DNA of 64,000 nt, taken from contig JAXGMI010000003.1 of assembly GCA_040768745.1 (NCBI GenBank), positions 64,001-128,000 of the forward strand, given 5' to 3'. The notes beneath the pieces were generated by a model. It ran no database searches. It worked only from the letters and a program-made list of their open reading frames with translations, and was not told where the DNA came from. This document shows, piece after piece, positions 30,442 through 40,230 of this stretch. The translations under genes were made by a program, and so were the position numbers. The stretch's first letter is position 1. Each line of letters begins with the position of its first letter. This DNA is from Desulfomicrobium sp. GTDB taxonomy: Bacteria; Desulfobacterota; Desulfovibrionia; Desulfovibrionales; Desulfomicrobiaceae.

Positions 30442-31716
30442 TTGAATATTCTCATCGTCGGTGCCGGAGGACGAGAGCACGCCCTGGCCTGGAAAATCCG
30501 CCAGAGCCCGCTCCTGGACAGACTTTTCATCGCCCCCGGAAACGGGGGCACGGCCCGGATCGGGGTCAATGTCCCTGTCCGGGATGACGACATCCCCGGA
30601 CTGGTGTCCTTTGCCCGGGACAACGGGGTCGACCTCGTGGTCGCCGGTCCGGAGCTGCCCCTGGTCCTGGGCCTGAAGGAAGCCCTGGACGCCGTGCACA
30701 TCCCCTGCTTCGGACCCTGCGCCTTCGCTGCCCAGCTCGAGGGGTCCAAGGCCTTCGCCAAGACCATGATGCGCGAAACAGGCGTGCCCACGGCGGATTT
30801 CCGCGTTTTCGACACCTACGTGGCCGCCCTCGAATATGTCCGGGCCCATGCCCTGCCCGTTGTCATCAAGGCCGACGGCCTGGCTGCAGGCAAGGGCGTC
30901 GTCATCGCCCAGACCCTGGTCGAGGCGGAGGAGGCCCTCAAAAACATGATGCTCGACCGCGCCTTCGGCGATGCCGGACTGACCGTGGTCGTCGAGGAGG
31001 CCCTGGTGGGCGAGGAGGCCTCCTTCCTGGCCTTCTGCGACGGATCGACCGTGGTGCCCATGCCCTCCCTGCAGGACCACAAGCGGGTCGGCGATGGCGA
31101 TACGGGCCCCAACACCGGCGGCATGGGCGCCTACAGCCCGGCCCCGGTCCTTCCTGCGGATCAGTCCACCACCATGGCCGACCTGGCCATCCGTCCCATC
31201 ACCGACCGTCTCGCGGCCATCGGACAGCCCTTCAAGGGCGTGCTCTATGCGGGCCTGATGATGACCGCCAAGGGTCCCATGGTCCTGGAATACAACGTCC
31301 GCTTCGGTGACCCCGAGTGCCAGCCCCTCATGGCCCGCCTCAAGTCGGACCTGGTCGGGATCATGCTCGCCTGCGTGCGCGGCAGCCTCGCTCCCGAACA
31401 GGTTGTCTTCCATCCCGAAACAAGCTGCTGCGTGGTGGTGGCCGCGGGCGGCTATCCGGGCAGCTACCCCAAGGGCATGGTCATCACCGGCATCGACGAG
31501 GCCGAACAGGTCGAAGGAGTGACGGTCTTCCAGGCCGGGACCCAGCTCAAGGACGGGGTGACCGTGACCAGCGGCGGCCGTGTCCTGGGCGTCACGGCCC
31601 TGGGCCGGGATCTGCAGGAGGCCCGCGACCGGGCCTACCGCGGGGTCAGCCGCGTCCACTTCGACAACAGCTACTGCCGCACGGATATCGCCGTGAAAGG
31701 CTTGAGGAGGTCATGA
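30442..31716 (+). CDS. purD: Phosphoribosylamine-glycine ligase
   Basis: ILIVGAGGREHAL, KADGLAAGKGV, GPNTGGMGAY; TTG start after AGGAGG. Confidence 0.96.
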   Translation: MNILIVGAGGREHALAWKIRQSPLLDRLFIAPGNGGTARIGVNVPVRDDDIPGLVSFARDNGVDLVVAGPELPLVLGLKEALDAVHIPCFGPCAFAAQLEGSKAFAKTMMRETGVPTADFRVFDTYVAALEYVRAHALPVVIKADGLAAGKGVVIAQTLVEAEEALKNMMLDRAFGDAGLTVVVEEALVGEEASFLAFCDGSTVVPMPSLQDHKRVGDGDTGPNTGGMGAYSPAPVLPADQSTTMADLAIRPITDRLAAIGQPFKGVLYAGLMMTAKGPMVLEYNVRFGDPECQPLMARLKSDLVGIMLACVRGSLAPEQVVFHPETSCCVVVAAGGYPGSYPKGMVITGIDEAEQVEGVTVFQAGTQLKDGVTVTSGGRVLGVTALGRDLQEARDRAYRGVSRVHFDNSYCRTDIAVKGLRRS

Positions 31717-32198
31717 TGGCCCAGGTTGCGATCTTCATGGGCAGCAAATCCGACGAGGCCACGGTCCGCCCCTGTGCGGAAGTGCTCGACAAGCTGGGGG
31801 TGCCCCATGTCTTCACCGTCACTTCCGCCCACCGCACGCCGGAGCGGACGGCCCGGCTGGTGAGCGAACTGGAGGCGGACGGCACCCAGATCTTCATCTG
31901 CGCAGCCGGTCTGGCCGCGCATCTGGCCGGAGCCGTGGCAGCCAAGACCATCCGCCCGGTCCTGGGCATCCCCATCGCGGCCTCGGCCCTGGGCGGGATG
32001 GACGCCCTGCTGGCCACGGTGCAGATGCCTCCGGGCTTCCCGGTCGGCACCCTGGCCCTGGACAAGGTCGGGGCGCGCAACGCGGCCTGGCTGGCGGCCC
32101 AGATCCTGGCCCTGCACGATGCCGAGCTGGCCGAACGGATCCGGGCCGAGCGCCGCAAGATGATCGAGCAGGTCGAGGCCGACGCGGCCTCGCTGTAA
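31713..32198 (+). CDS. purE: N5-CAIR mutase
   Basis: VAIFMGSKSD, SAHRTP, AGLAAHLAG, VQMPPG. Confidence 0.95.
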   Translation: MMAQVAIFMGSKSDEATVRPCAEVLDKLGVPHVFTVTSAHRTPERTARLVSELEADGTQIFICAAGLAAHLAGAVAAKTIRPVLGIPIAASALGGMDALLATVQMPPGFPVGTLALDKVGARNAAWLAAQILALHDAELAERIRAERRKMIEQVEADAASL

Positions 32199-32241
32199 AA
32201 TAGGGGCCGCGCCCGTCGGCCCGGCCCTCACTGCGACAAAT

Positions 32242-32282
32242 GACACGACCCGCCGGATACTGCTCCGGCGGGTCGTCGTGTC
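32242..32282. terminator. Strong hairpin after purE
   Basis: GACACGACCCGCCGGA..TCCGGCGGGTCGTCGTGTC; no clear T-tail. Confidence 0.4.
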
Positions 32283-32589
32283 TGGAGCCGGATTCCCGGC
32301 CCCGTCCGCTCCCGTCTCGTTTCATGGTCACCATCCCGCCAGAATCCTTATGGAACACCCCGCAAGGTTCCTCTGCAAATTATCCTACAATTCAAAGCTC
32401 TTGACACATCCGAAACTCTCAGGTTTATCGAGACAGCTGTAAACTTTTGAGCACCGGTGTGACACGTCTTTCGGAAAGGTGGAGGAACATGGTCCAAATT
32501 TACGAAAGGCAAGGAATTGACTGTAGCCAGTCTGCTTCGTCCCCGATATCAGCAGCAAAGCGCTCCCCAAGAAACCCTGAGAGCTATAA

Positions 32590-35500
32590 ATGACTGAGCA
32601 ACAAATCGAAGATGCCCTGATCGAAAAACTGGTCGATCTCAAATATTCGTACCGCCCGGACATCCGCGACCGCGCAACGCTTGAGCGGAATTTTCGCGAG
32701 AAATTCGAAGGGCTCAACCGCGTCCGTCTCACGGATGCCGAGTTCGCCCGGCTGCTGGGCGAGATCATCACCCCGGATGTCTTCACCGCCGCCAAGACCC
32801 TGCGCAACATCAACTCATTCTCCCGCGACGACGGCACGCCGCTGAACTACACCCTGGTCAACATCAAAGACTGGTGCAAAAACGACTTTGAAGTCAGCCA
32901 TCAGCTGCGCATCAACACGGATTACGGACACCACCGCTACGATGTCATCCTGCTCGTGAACGGCGTGCCCTGTGTCCAGATCGAGCTGAAGACTTTAGGC
33001 GTCAATCCTCGCCGGGCCATGGAGCAGATCGTCGAATACAAGGGCGACCCCGGCAACGGCTACACCAAGACGCTGCTCTGCTTCATGCAGCTCTTCATCG
33101 TCAGCAACCGGGACCGGACCTACTACTTCGCCAACAACAACGCCCGCCACTTTGCCTTCAACGCCGACGAGCGCTTCCTGCCCGTCTATGAGTTCGCAGA
33201 CGAGGCCAACAAGAAGATCACCCACCTCGATGACTTCGCCGAAAGTTTTCTGAAAAAGTGCGACCTGGCCCGGACCATCAGCCGCTACATGGTGCTCGTC
33301 GTCAGCGAGCAGAAGCTCATGAGCATGCGACCCTATCAGGTTCTATGCCGTGCAGCATTTGGTGAAGTGCATCGACGAGGACAACGGCAACGGCTTCATC
33401 TGGCACACCACCGGCAGCGGCAAGACGCTGACCTCCTTCAAGGCCGCCACGCTCTTGAAAGAAAACGAGCACATCCACAAATGCGTCTTCGTCGTGGACC
33501 GCAAGGACCTCGACCGCCAGACCCGCGAGGAGTTCAACAAATTCCAGGAAGGCTGCGTCGAGGAAAACACCAACACCGCCGCCCTTGTCCGCCGCCTGCT
33601 GTCCGAGGACTACGCGGACAAGGTCATCGTTGCCACCATCCAGAAGCTCGGCCTCGCCCTGGATGAAAACAGCAAGCGCAACAGGCAGCGCAGCAAGAAC
33701 GGCCAGCCCACCTTCAAGGAGCAGCTCTCCACGCTCAAGCACAAACGCATCGCCTTCATCTTCGACGAGTGCCACCGCTCGCAGTTCGGGGACAACCACA
33801 AGGCGATCAAAGAGTTCTTCCCCAGGGCGCAGCTCTTCGGCTTCACCGGCACGCCCATTTTTGACGCCAACGCCTCATTGCAGAAGATCGAGGGCACCCA
33901 GGCCTCCATGCGCACCACGGCGGACCTCTTCCAGAAGCAGCTCCACGCCTACACCATCACCCACGCCATCGAGGACCAGAACGTCCTGCGCTTCCATATC
34001 GATTATTACAAGCCCGAGGGCAAAAACCCGCCCAGGCCCGGCGAGGCCCTGGCCAAGAAAGCCGTCATCGAGGCCATTCTCGGCAAGCACGATGCCGCCA
34101 CGGGCGGGCGCCGCTTCAATGCCATCCTTGCCACCGCGTCCATCAATGACGCCATCGAATACTTCGGGCTGTTGGCCGACATGCAAAAAAAGAGGAGTGA
34201 GGCCGATCCGGATTTCAAGCCGCTCAATATCGCCTGCGTCTTTTCCCCGCCCGCTCAGCTCGCCGAGAATGCGGAGGCCAAAAAGGACATCGAACAGCTT
34301 TCCGAAGACCTCCCGCAGGAGCAGGAAGACAACAAGATCGATCCGGAAGCCAAGAAGAAGGCCCTTGAGGCCATCATGGCCGATTACAATGCCCGCTACG
34401 GAACGAATCACGCCTTGAGCGAATTCGACCTCTACTATCAGGACGTGCAAAAGCGCATCAAAGACCAGCAATGGCCCAACGCCGACTATCCCGCCGCCCA
34501 GAAGATCGACATCACCATCGTGGTGGACATGCTGCTCACGGGCTTTGATTCCAAGTTCCTGAACACGCTCTACGTGGACAAGAACCTCAAACACCACGGC
34601 CTCATCCAGGCCTTCTCCCGCACCAACCGCGTGCTGAACAGCACCAAGCCCTACGGCAACATCCTCGATTTCCGCCAGCAGCGGGAGGCCGTGGATGCCG
34701 CCATCGCCCTCTTCTCCGGGGAAAAGACCGGCGAAGAGGCGCGGGAAATCTGGCTTGTGGACCAGGCCCCCGTGGTCATCAGGAAACTGGAGGCCGCCGT
34801 CCAGAAACTGGACGAGTTCATGAAATCCCAAGGGCTCGACTGCGCCCCGGAGGCTGTGCCCAATCTCAAGGGCGACGATGCCCGTGTCGCCTTTATCAAT
34901 CATTTCAAGGAAGTCCAGCGCCTCAAAACCCAGCTCGACCAGTACACCGATCTCTCTAACGACGACGCGGCCGCCGTTGAGCACATACTGCCCAAGGAAA
35001 ATCTGCTCGGCTTGCGTGGCGCGTATCTGGAGACGGCCCAGCGCCTTAAGGCCCAGCAGGGCAAAGGCCCTGACAAGACCAGCCCGGAAGTGGAGCAGGT
35101 GGATTTCGAGTTTGTCCTCTTTGCCACCACCCTCATTGATTACGACTACATCATGGGCCTCATTGCCCGCTTCTCCCAGCAGGCTCCGGGCAAGCAGAAG
35201 ATGAGCCGCGAACAGCTCGTCGGCCTTATCTGTTCCGATGCCAAGTTCATGAACGAGCGCGAAGACATCGCCGCCTACATCGCCACGCTGAAGGCGGGCG
35301 AAGGCCTGGACGAAAAAGCCATCCGCGACGGCTACGTGCGCTTCAAACACGAAAAAGACGCCCAGGAACTGGCGGCCATTGCCAGCAAGCACGGCCTGTC
35401 CCCGGAGTCGCTGCAGGGCTTCGTGAACAGCATCCTCGACCGCATGATCTTCGACGGCGAAAAGCTCAGCGACCTTTACGCCCCCTATGATCTGGGCTGG

Positions 35501-35608
35501 AAAGAGCGCGCCCACAAGGAGGCCGCCCTCATGGAAGACTGCGCCCCGTACCTCGTCAAGCGCGCCGGAGAGCGCGAAATTTCGGGGTTGAGTGCGTATG
35601 AGGAGTAA
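32590..35608 (+). pseudogene. hsdR: Type I restriction subunit HsdR, +1 frameshift at ~33341 (real or sequencing error)
   Basis: YDVILLVNGVPCVQIELK nuclease motif in the first frame; HTTGSGKT, DECH, FTGTP, MLLTGFD in the second; removing one T at 33341-33342 restores RPYQVYAVQHL. Confidence 0.88.
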
Positions 35609-35618
35609 GAAAACATCC

Positions 35619-36782
35619 ATGGTTGCGCAGAATAAACCAGCACCGCCGGTTGTTTCCGGCGACTTTGATTCACTGGTATCTTCCATAGTCCACATCCATC
35701 AGCAATCACAGGCTTTCGCAAGCAAGGCGGTCAACGTCAGCCTCACCCTGCAAAACTGGCTCATCGGCCATCGCATCGTGGAGTTTGAGCAGCTGGGAAA
35801 AGACCGGGCAGCCTATGGAGAAAAATTGCTGCCCGTTTTGGCGAAACGACTATCCGCTGCCGGGCTTAAACGTGTGGATGTTCGCGAGTTGCGCCGCTTC
35901 AGGCTCTTTTATGGCGTTTATCCGCAAATTCGGGAGACAGTGACTCCCGAATTGTTGGATGGACTTGGCGCTGGAGTCTTGCAGCCTCTGGTTAACGCCT
36001 TACCTCTGCCAAAACGGGAGACACTGTCTCCCGAATCCGAGATTGTGGAATCACTGTCCCCACAATTGATCTATCGACTCTCCTTCTCCCACTTGGCCGA
36101 ATTGTTGGACCTCCCCGACGACACCCAGCGCCGCTTCTACGAGATCGAGTGTATCCGCGGAAACTGGTCCGTGCGCGAGCTGCGTCGCCAGATCGCCAGC
36201 CTCTACTATCAGCGCAGCGGCCTCTCCAAGGACAAAGCCAAGCTGTCCGCCATGGCCCACGCGGCAGCGGAGACGCTCCAGCCCGCCCACATCATCCGCG
36301 ATCCCTACGTCTTCGAGTTCCTCGGCCTGCGTTCCCGTGATGTCATGGCTGAATCCGACCTCGAAGATGCCTTGTTGGACCGTATTCAGGATTTCCTCCT
36401 TGAACTGGGCCACGGCTTCTGCTTCGAAGCCCGGCAAAAGCGCATTCTCATCGGCGACGAACATTTCTTCATCGATCTCGTCTTCTACCACCGCATCCTC
36501 AAATGCCACATCCTGGTGGAACTCAAGACCGATGCCTTCCGCCACGAGCACCTGGGCCAGCTCAACACCTACGTCGCTTATTACAAAAAGCACCAGATGA
36601 CCCCTGGCGATCAGCCGCCCATCGGCATCCTCCTTTGCACCCGCAAGAATGACGCCCTCGTCGAGTTCGCCCTCGGCGACTTGAGTAACCAGATCTTCGT
36701 CTCCCGCTATGCCGTCGAACTGCCCCGCAAAGAGGAGATGGAACGCTTCATCGCTCAAATCGGCCAGGAGGTGGGAGCGTGA
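35619..36782 (+). CDS. YhcG/DUF1016-family PD-(D/E)XK protein
   Basis: NWLIGHRIVEFEQ..RAAYG, NWSVRELRRQI, RDPYVFEFLG, FIDLVFYHRILKCHILVELK. Confidence 0.92.
   Translation: MVAQNKPAPPVVSGDFDSLVSSIVHIHQQSQAFASKAVNVSLTLQNWLIGHRIVEFEQLGKDRAAYGEKLLPVLAKRLSAAGLKRVDVRELRRFRLFYGVYPQIRETVTPELLDGLGAGVLQPLVNALPLPKRETLSPESEIVESLSPQLIYRLSFSHLAELLDLPDDTQRRFYEIECIRGNWSVRELRRQIASLYYQRSGLSKDKAKLSAMAHAAAETLQPAHIIRDPYVFEFLGLRSRDVMAESDLEDALLDRIQDFLLELGHGFCFEARQKRILIGDEHFFIDLVFYHRILKCHILVELKTDAFRHEHLGQLNTYVAYYKKHQMTPGDQPPIGILLCTRKNDALVEFALGDLSNQIFVSRYAVELPRKEEMERFIAQIGQEVGA
35927..36066. repeat. Three in-frame palindromic repeats inside the yhcG-like gene
   Basis: AATTCGGGAG..CTCCCGAATT (35927-35953), CGGGAGACA-C-TGTCTCCCG (36015-36033), ATTGTGG..CCACAAT (36042-36066). 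Confidence 0.85.
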
Positions 36783-38065
36783 GCAGGAAGACGAAAACCA
36801 CCGCCACGAAGGAAGAGGCAAGGCCCGCGCTGGTGCCGAAGCTGCGGTTTCCGGAGTTTCGGGGGGCGGAGGGGTGGGAGCAGGTTCCGCTGGGCCAACT
36901 TGCTGATCGTGTCACAGCGAGAAATCTTGAGGGCGATTGCACCCGCGTGCTGACCAACTCGGCAGAACGCGGCGTTCTTGATCAACGCGACTACTTCGAG
37001 AAGGATATTGCGACTGCTGGAAACCTTGAAGGTTATTATGTCGTCAATCGAGGTGACTATGTCTATAATCCGAGAATTTCCAACGTCGCACCCGTCGGGC
37101 CGATTTCAAGGAACAATATCGGCCAAGGCGTGATGTCGCCGCTGTACACAGTCTTTCGATTCAAAAGCAAAAACACAGACTTCTACTCGCATTACTTCAA
37201 GACGACCTGCTGGCATTCCTATTTACGACAAGTCGCGAGCACGGGCGCGCGACATGACAGGATGAGTATCTCGATTGGCGATTTCGTGGCGATGCCGCTC
37301 CCGGTATTGTCCTCCGCCGAACAACAAAAAATCGCCGAGTGCCTGAGTTCGGTGGACGAGCTGATGGTCGCGCAAGCGCGGAAAGTGGACGCACTCAAGA
37401 CCCATAAAAAAGGCCTGATGCAGCAGCTTTTTCCCCGCGAAGGCGAAACTGAGCCCCGCCTCCGCTTCCCCGAATTCCAAAACGCCGGGGAGTGGGCGAA
37501 GGATTCAATGCAGGGTGTTTTTGTTTTTCGGCAAGGACTTCAGGTCGCTATTGAACATCAATTCATGGAGGATGGAGATGGTCGAGAGCGGTTTATTCGT
37601 ATCATTGACGTGACCCAAAACAATGAACCTCCAAGATATATAGCTGTTACAAATAATGCGTATACACTTTCAGTTAACGATCTGTTTATGATTCGCTACG
37701 GCACGCCCGGTGTCGTTTCAATAGGATATGAAGGTGTTATCGCTAATAATTTATTTCAATTGATTTTCAGAATCCAAGAAATTCATTCTCCGTTTTTCTG
37801 GTATTACTTTTTACAGACAAAATATGAAGAAATTTCCGGTCTCTCCGGATCGTCGTCCATGCCCGCCATTAGTTTTAAGACATTAAATAATATCGGAGTT
37901 GAGTACCCTTCTCTTCCCGAACAAAAACGCATTGCCTCGTGCCTGACCAGCCTCGACGCCCTGATCGCCGCCGAAACCCAAAAGCTCGACGCTCTCAAGA
38001 CCCACAAGAAAGGGCTGATGCAGCAGTTATTCCCCTCCGTTGGAGGGGTGGCAGGCGAAGCCTGA
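36779..38065 (+). CDS. hsdS: Type I specificity subunit HsdS
   Basis: Two TRDs bracketed by PxLRFPEF and EQxxIAxCL..LKTHKKGLMQQLFP repeats. Confidence 0.95.
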   Translation: MSRKTKTTATKEEARPALVPKLRFPEFRGAEGWEQVPLGQLADRVTARNLEGDCTRVLTNSAERGVLDQRDYFEKDIATAGNLEGYYVVNRGDYVYNPRISNVAPVGPISRNNIGQGVMSPLYTVFRFKSKNTDFYSHYFKTTCWHSYLRQVASTGARHDRMSISIGDFVAMPLPVLSSAEQQKIAECLSSVDELMVAQARKVDALKTHKKGLMQQLFPREGETEPRLRFPEFQNAGEWAKDSMQGVFVFRQGLQVAIEHQFMEDGDGRERFIRIIDVTQNNEPPRYIAVTNNAYTLSVNDLFMIRYGTPGVVSIGYEGVIANNLFQLIFRIQEIHSPFFWYYFLQTKYEEISGLSGSSSMPAISFKTLNNIGVEYPSLPEQKRIASCLTSLDALIAAETQKLDALKTHKKGLMQQLFPSVGGVAGEA

Positions 38066-38187
38066 CGGGGTGGTTAAATGGCACAACGAGACCTGAAAGC
38101 AACCACCCCGCCCCTGCGGGGCACCCCTCCAGAGGAGGGGAATTTAACTATCCCCCCCTGCGGCCTACCTCTCCAGAGGCGAGGAAT
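38029..38187. repeat. REP-like palindromic elements (inverted pair plus degenerate third copy)
   Basis: ATTCCCCTCCGTTGGAGGGGTG..CGGGGTGGTT (38029-38075) vs AACCACCCCG..CACCCCTCCAGAGGAGGGGAAT (38101-38143); decayed copy 38147-38187. Confidence 0.8.
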
Positions 38188-38580
38188 GCTCGGCACACTA
38201 GAAACTATCTGTCATTGCCATTCAATCCTCACTTGAAAGAAAGGGCGAAGGTGTTGCGCCGGGCGGGTAATTTGTCCGAAGTGCTGCTTTGGAATCAGCT
38301 CAAAAAGGGGCAGTTCAAAGGGCTGGATTTCGACCGGCAAAAAATCATTGGTGATTACATCGTCGATTTTTATTGTGCCGAGAAAAACGCTGTCATTGAG
38401 GTGGATGGTAGCAGTCACGACGACAAAGCGGACTACGACGCGCAACGCGATGCTTTTTTGGCGGGCTTGGGTCTGCGTGTTATCCACATCCTAGATAAGG
38501 ATGTGAAGCAGGATGTGGCTGCTGTCATGGTCTTTTTGATGCGGCAACTTTTCCCGGCACCGGAGGGAGTGGAAGCTTGA
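38078..38580 (+). CDS. DUF559 (Vsr-like) endonuclease; start ATG 38078 out of frame by one base at a C7 tract
   Basis: LKERAKVLRR..SEVLLWNQLK..FDRQKIIGDYIVDFYC..VIEVDGSSH..DAQRDAFL. Confidence 0.8.
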
Positions 38581-40230
38581 CCGACCTGATTCTCTACACC
38601 ACCGTAAACTCAGTATAAGAGCGCAACAGAGGAAATCATGACCGATACCAACCAAAAACAACTCGGCAACACCCTCTGGAGCATCGCCGACCAACTGCGC
38701 GGGGCCATGGATGCGGATGATTTTCGCGATTACATGCTGTCTTTTCTCTTCCTGCGCTACCTCTCCGACAACTACGAGACGGCGGCGAAGAAGGAACTGG
38801 GCCGGGATTACCCCGATGTGGGCGGGGATGCCCGCAAGGTGCCCTTGGCGCTGTGGTACGCCCTCAACGTGGACGACATCCCAGCGTTCGAGAAACAGAT
38901 GCGGCGCAAGGTGCATTACGTCATCCAGCCGCCGCACCTCTGGAACAGCATCGCCAACCTGGCCCGCACCCAGAACGCGGAGCTGCTGAACACGCTGCAA
39001 GCGGGCTTCAAATACATCGAGGAAGAATCCTTCGAGAGCACCTTTCAGGGCCTCTTTTCCGAGATCGACCTCGGTTCCCCCAAGCTGGGCAAGACCTACC
39101 CCGACCGCAACGCCAAGCTCTGCACCATCATCCAGAAGATCGCCGAAGGGCTGGCCGAGTTCTCGACCAGCATCGACGCCCTGGGCGACGCCTACGAATA
39201 CCTGATCGGCCAGTTCGCCGCCGGGTCCGGCAAGAAGGCGGGGGAGTTCTACACGCCGCAGCAGATTTCCGATATCCTGTCCGGCATTGTCACGCTGGAC
39301 AGCCAGGAACCGAGGACCGGGACCAGGAAACGACTGGAAAATGTGCTGGATTTCGCCTGCGGCTCAGGCTCGCTGCTGCTCAACGTCCGCAAGAAGGTGA
39401 GCACGGCGGGCGGCACCATCGGCAAGATCCTTGGCCAGGAGAAGAACATCACCACCTACAACCTGGCACGCATGAACATGCTGCTGCATGGGGTGAAGGA
39501 CGCGGAGTTCGAGATCTTCCACGGCGACACCCTGCTCAACGAGTGGGACATGATGCGCGAGCAGAACCCGGCCAAGAAGCCGAGCTTCGACGCCGTGGTC
39601 GCCAATCCGCCCTTCAGCTACCGCTGGACCCCGACCGACGCGTTGGCCGACGACGTGCGTTTCAAGAGCCACGGTTTGGCCCCCAAGTCCGCCGCCGACT
39701 TTGCCTTTTTGCTGCACGGCTTCCACTACCTCAGAGACGAAGGGGTCATGGCCATCATCCTGCCCCACGGCGTGCTCTTCCGTGGCGGTGCCGAGGAACG
39801 CATCCGCACCAAGCTTTTAAAAGACGGTCACATCGACACCGTCATCGGCCTGCCCGCCAATCTCTTTTACTCCACGGGCATCCCGGTCTGCATCCTCGTG
39901 CTCAAGAAATGCAAAAAGCCGGGCGACGTGCTCTTCATCAACGCCGCCGAGCATTTTGTGAAGGGCAAGCGCCAGAACCAGCTCGCACCCGAGCACATCG
40001 CCAAGATCATAAAGACCTACCAGCACCGCACCGAGGAAACCCGCTACTCCCGCCGCGTGGAGATGTCCGAGATTGAGAAAAACGACTTCAACCTGAACAT
40101 CTCGCGCTACATCAGCACCGCCCAGGCCGAAGAGGAAATTGACCTGACTGCGGTCAGTGAGGAAATGGTAAGCGCTCAGACATCCGCATTTTCCACGGGC
40201 GTCCCTGACCTGCGATAGAAGCAGGAGTCT

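Noticed and set aside
32385..32590. Possible riboswitch or ncRNA upstream of hsdR
   Set aside because: No family motif recognised; only weak short stems.
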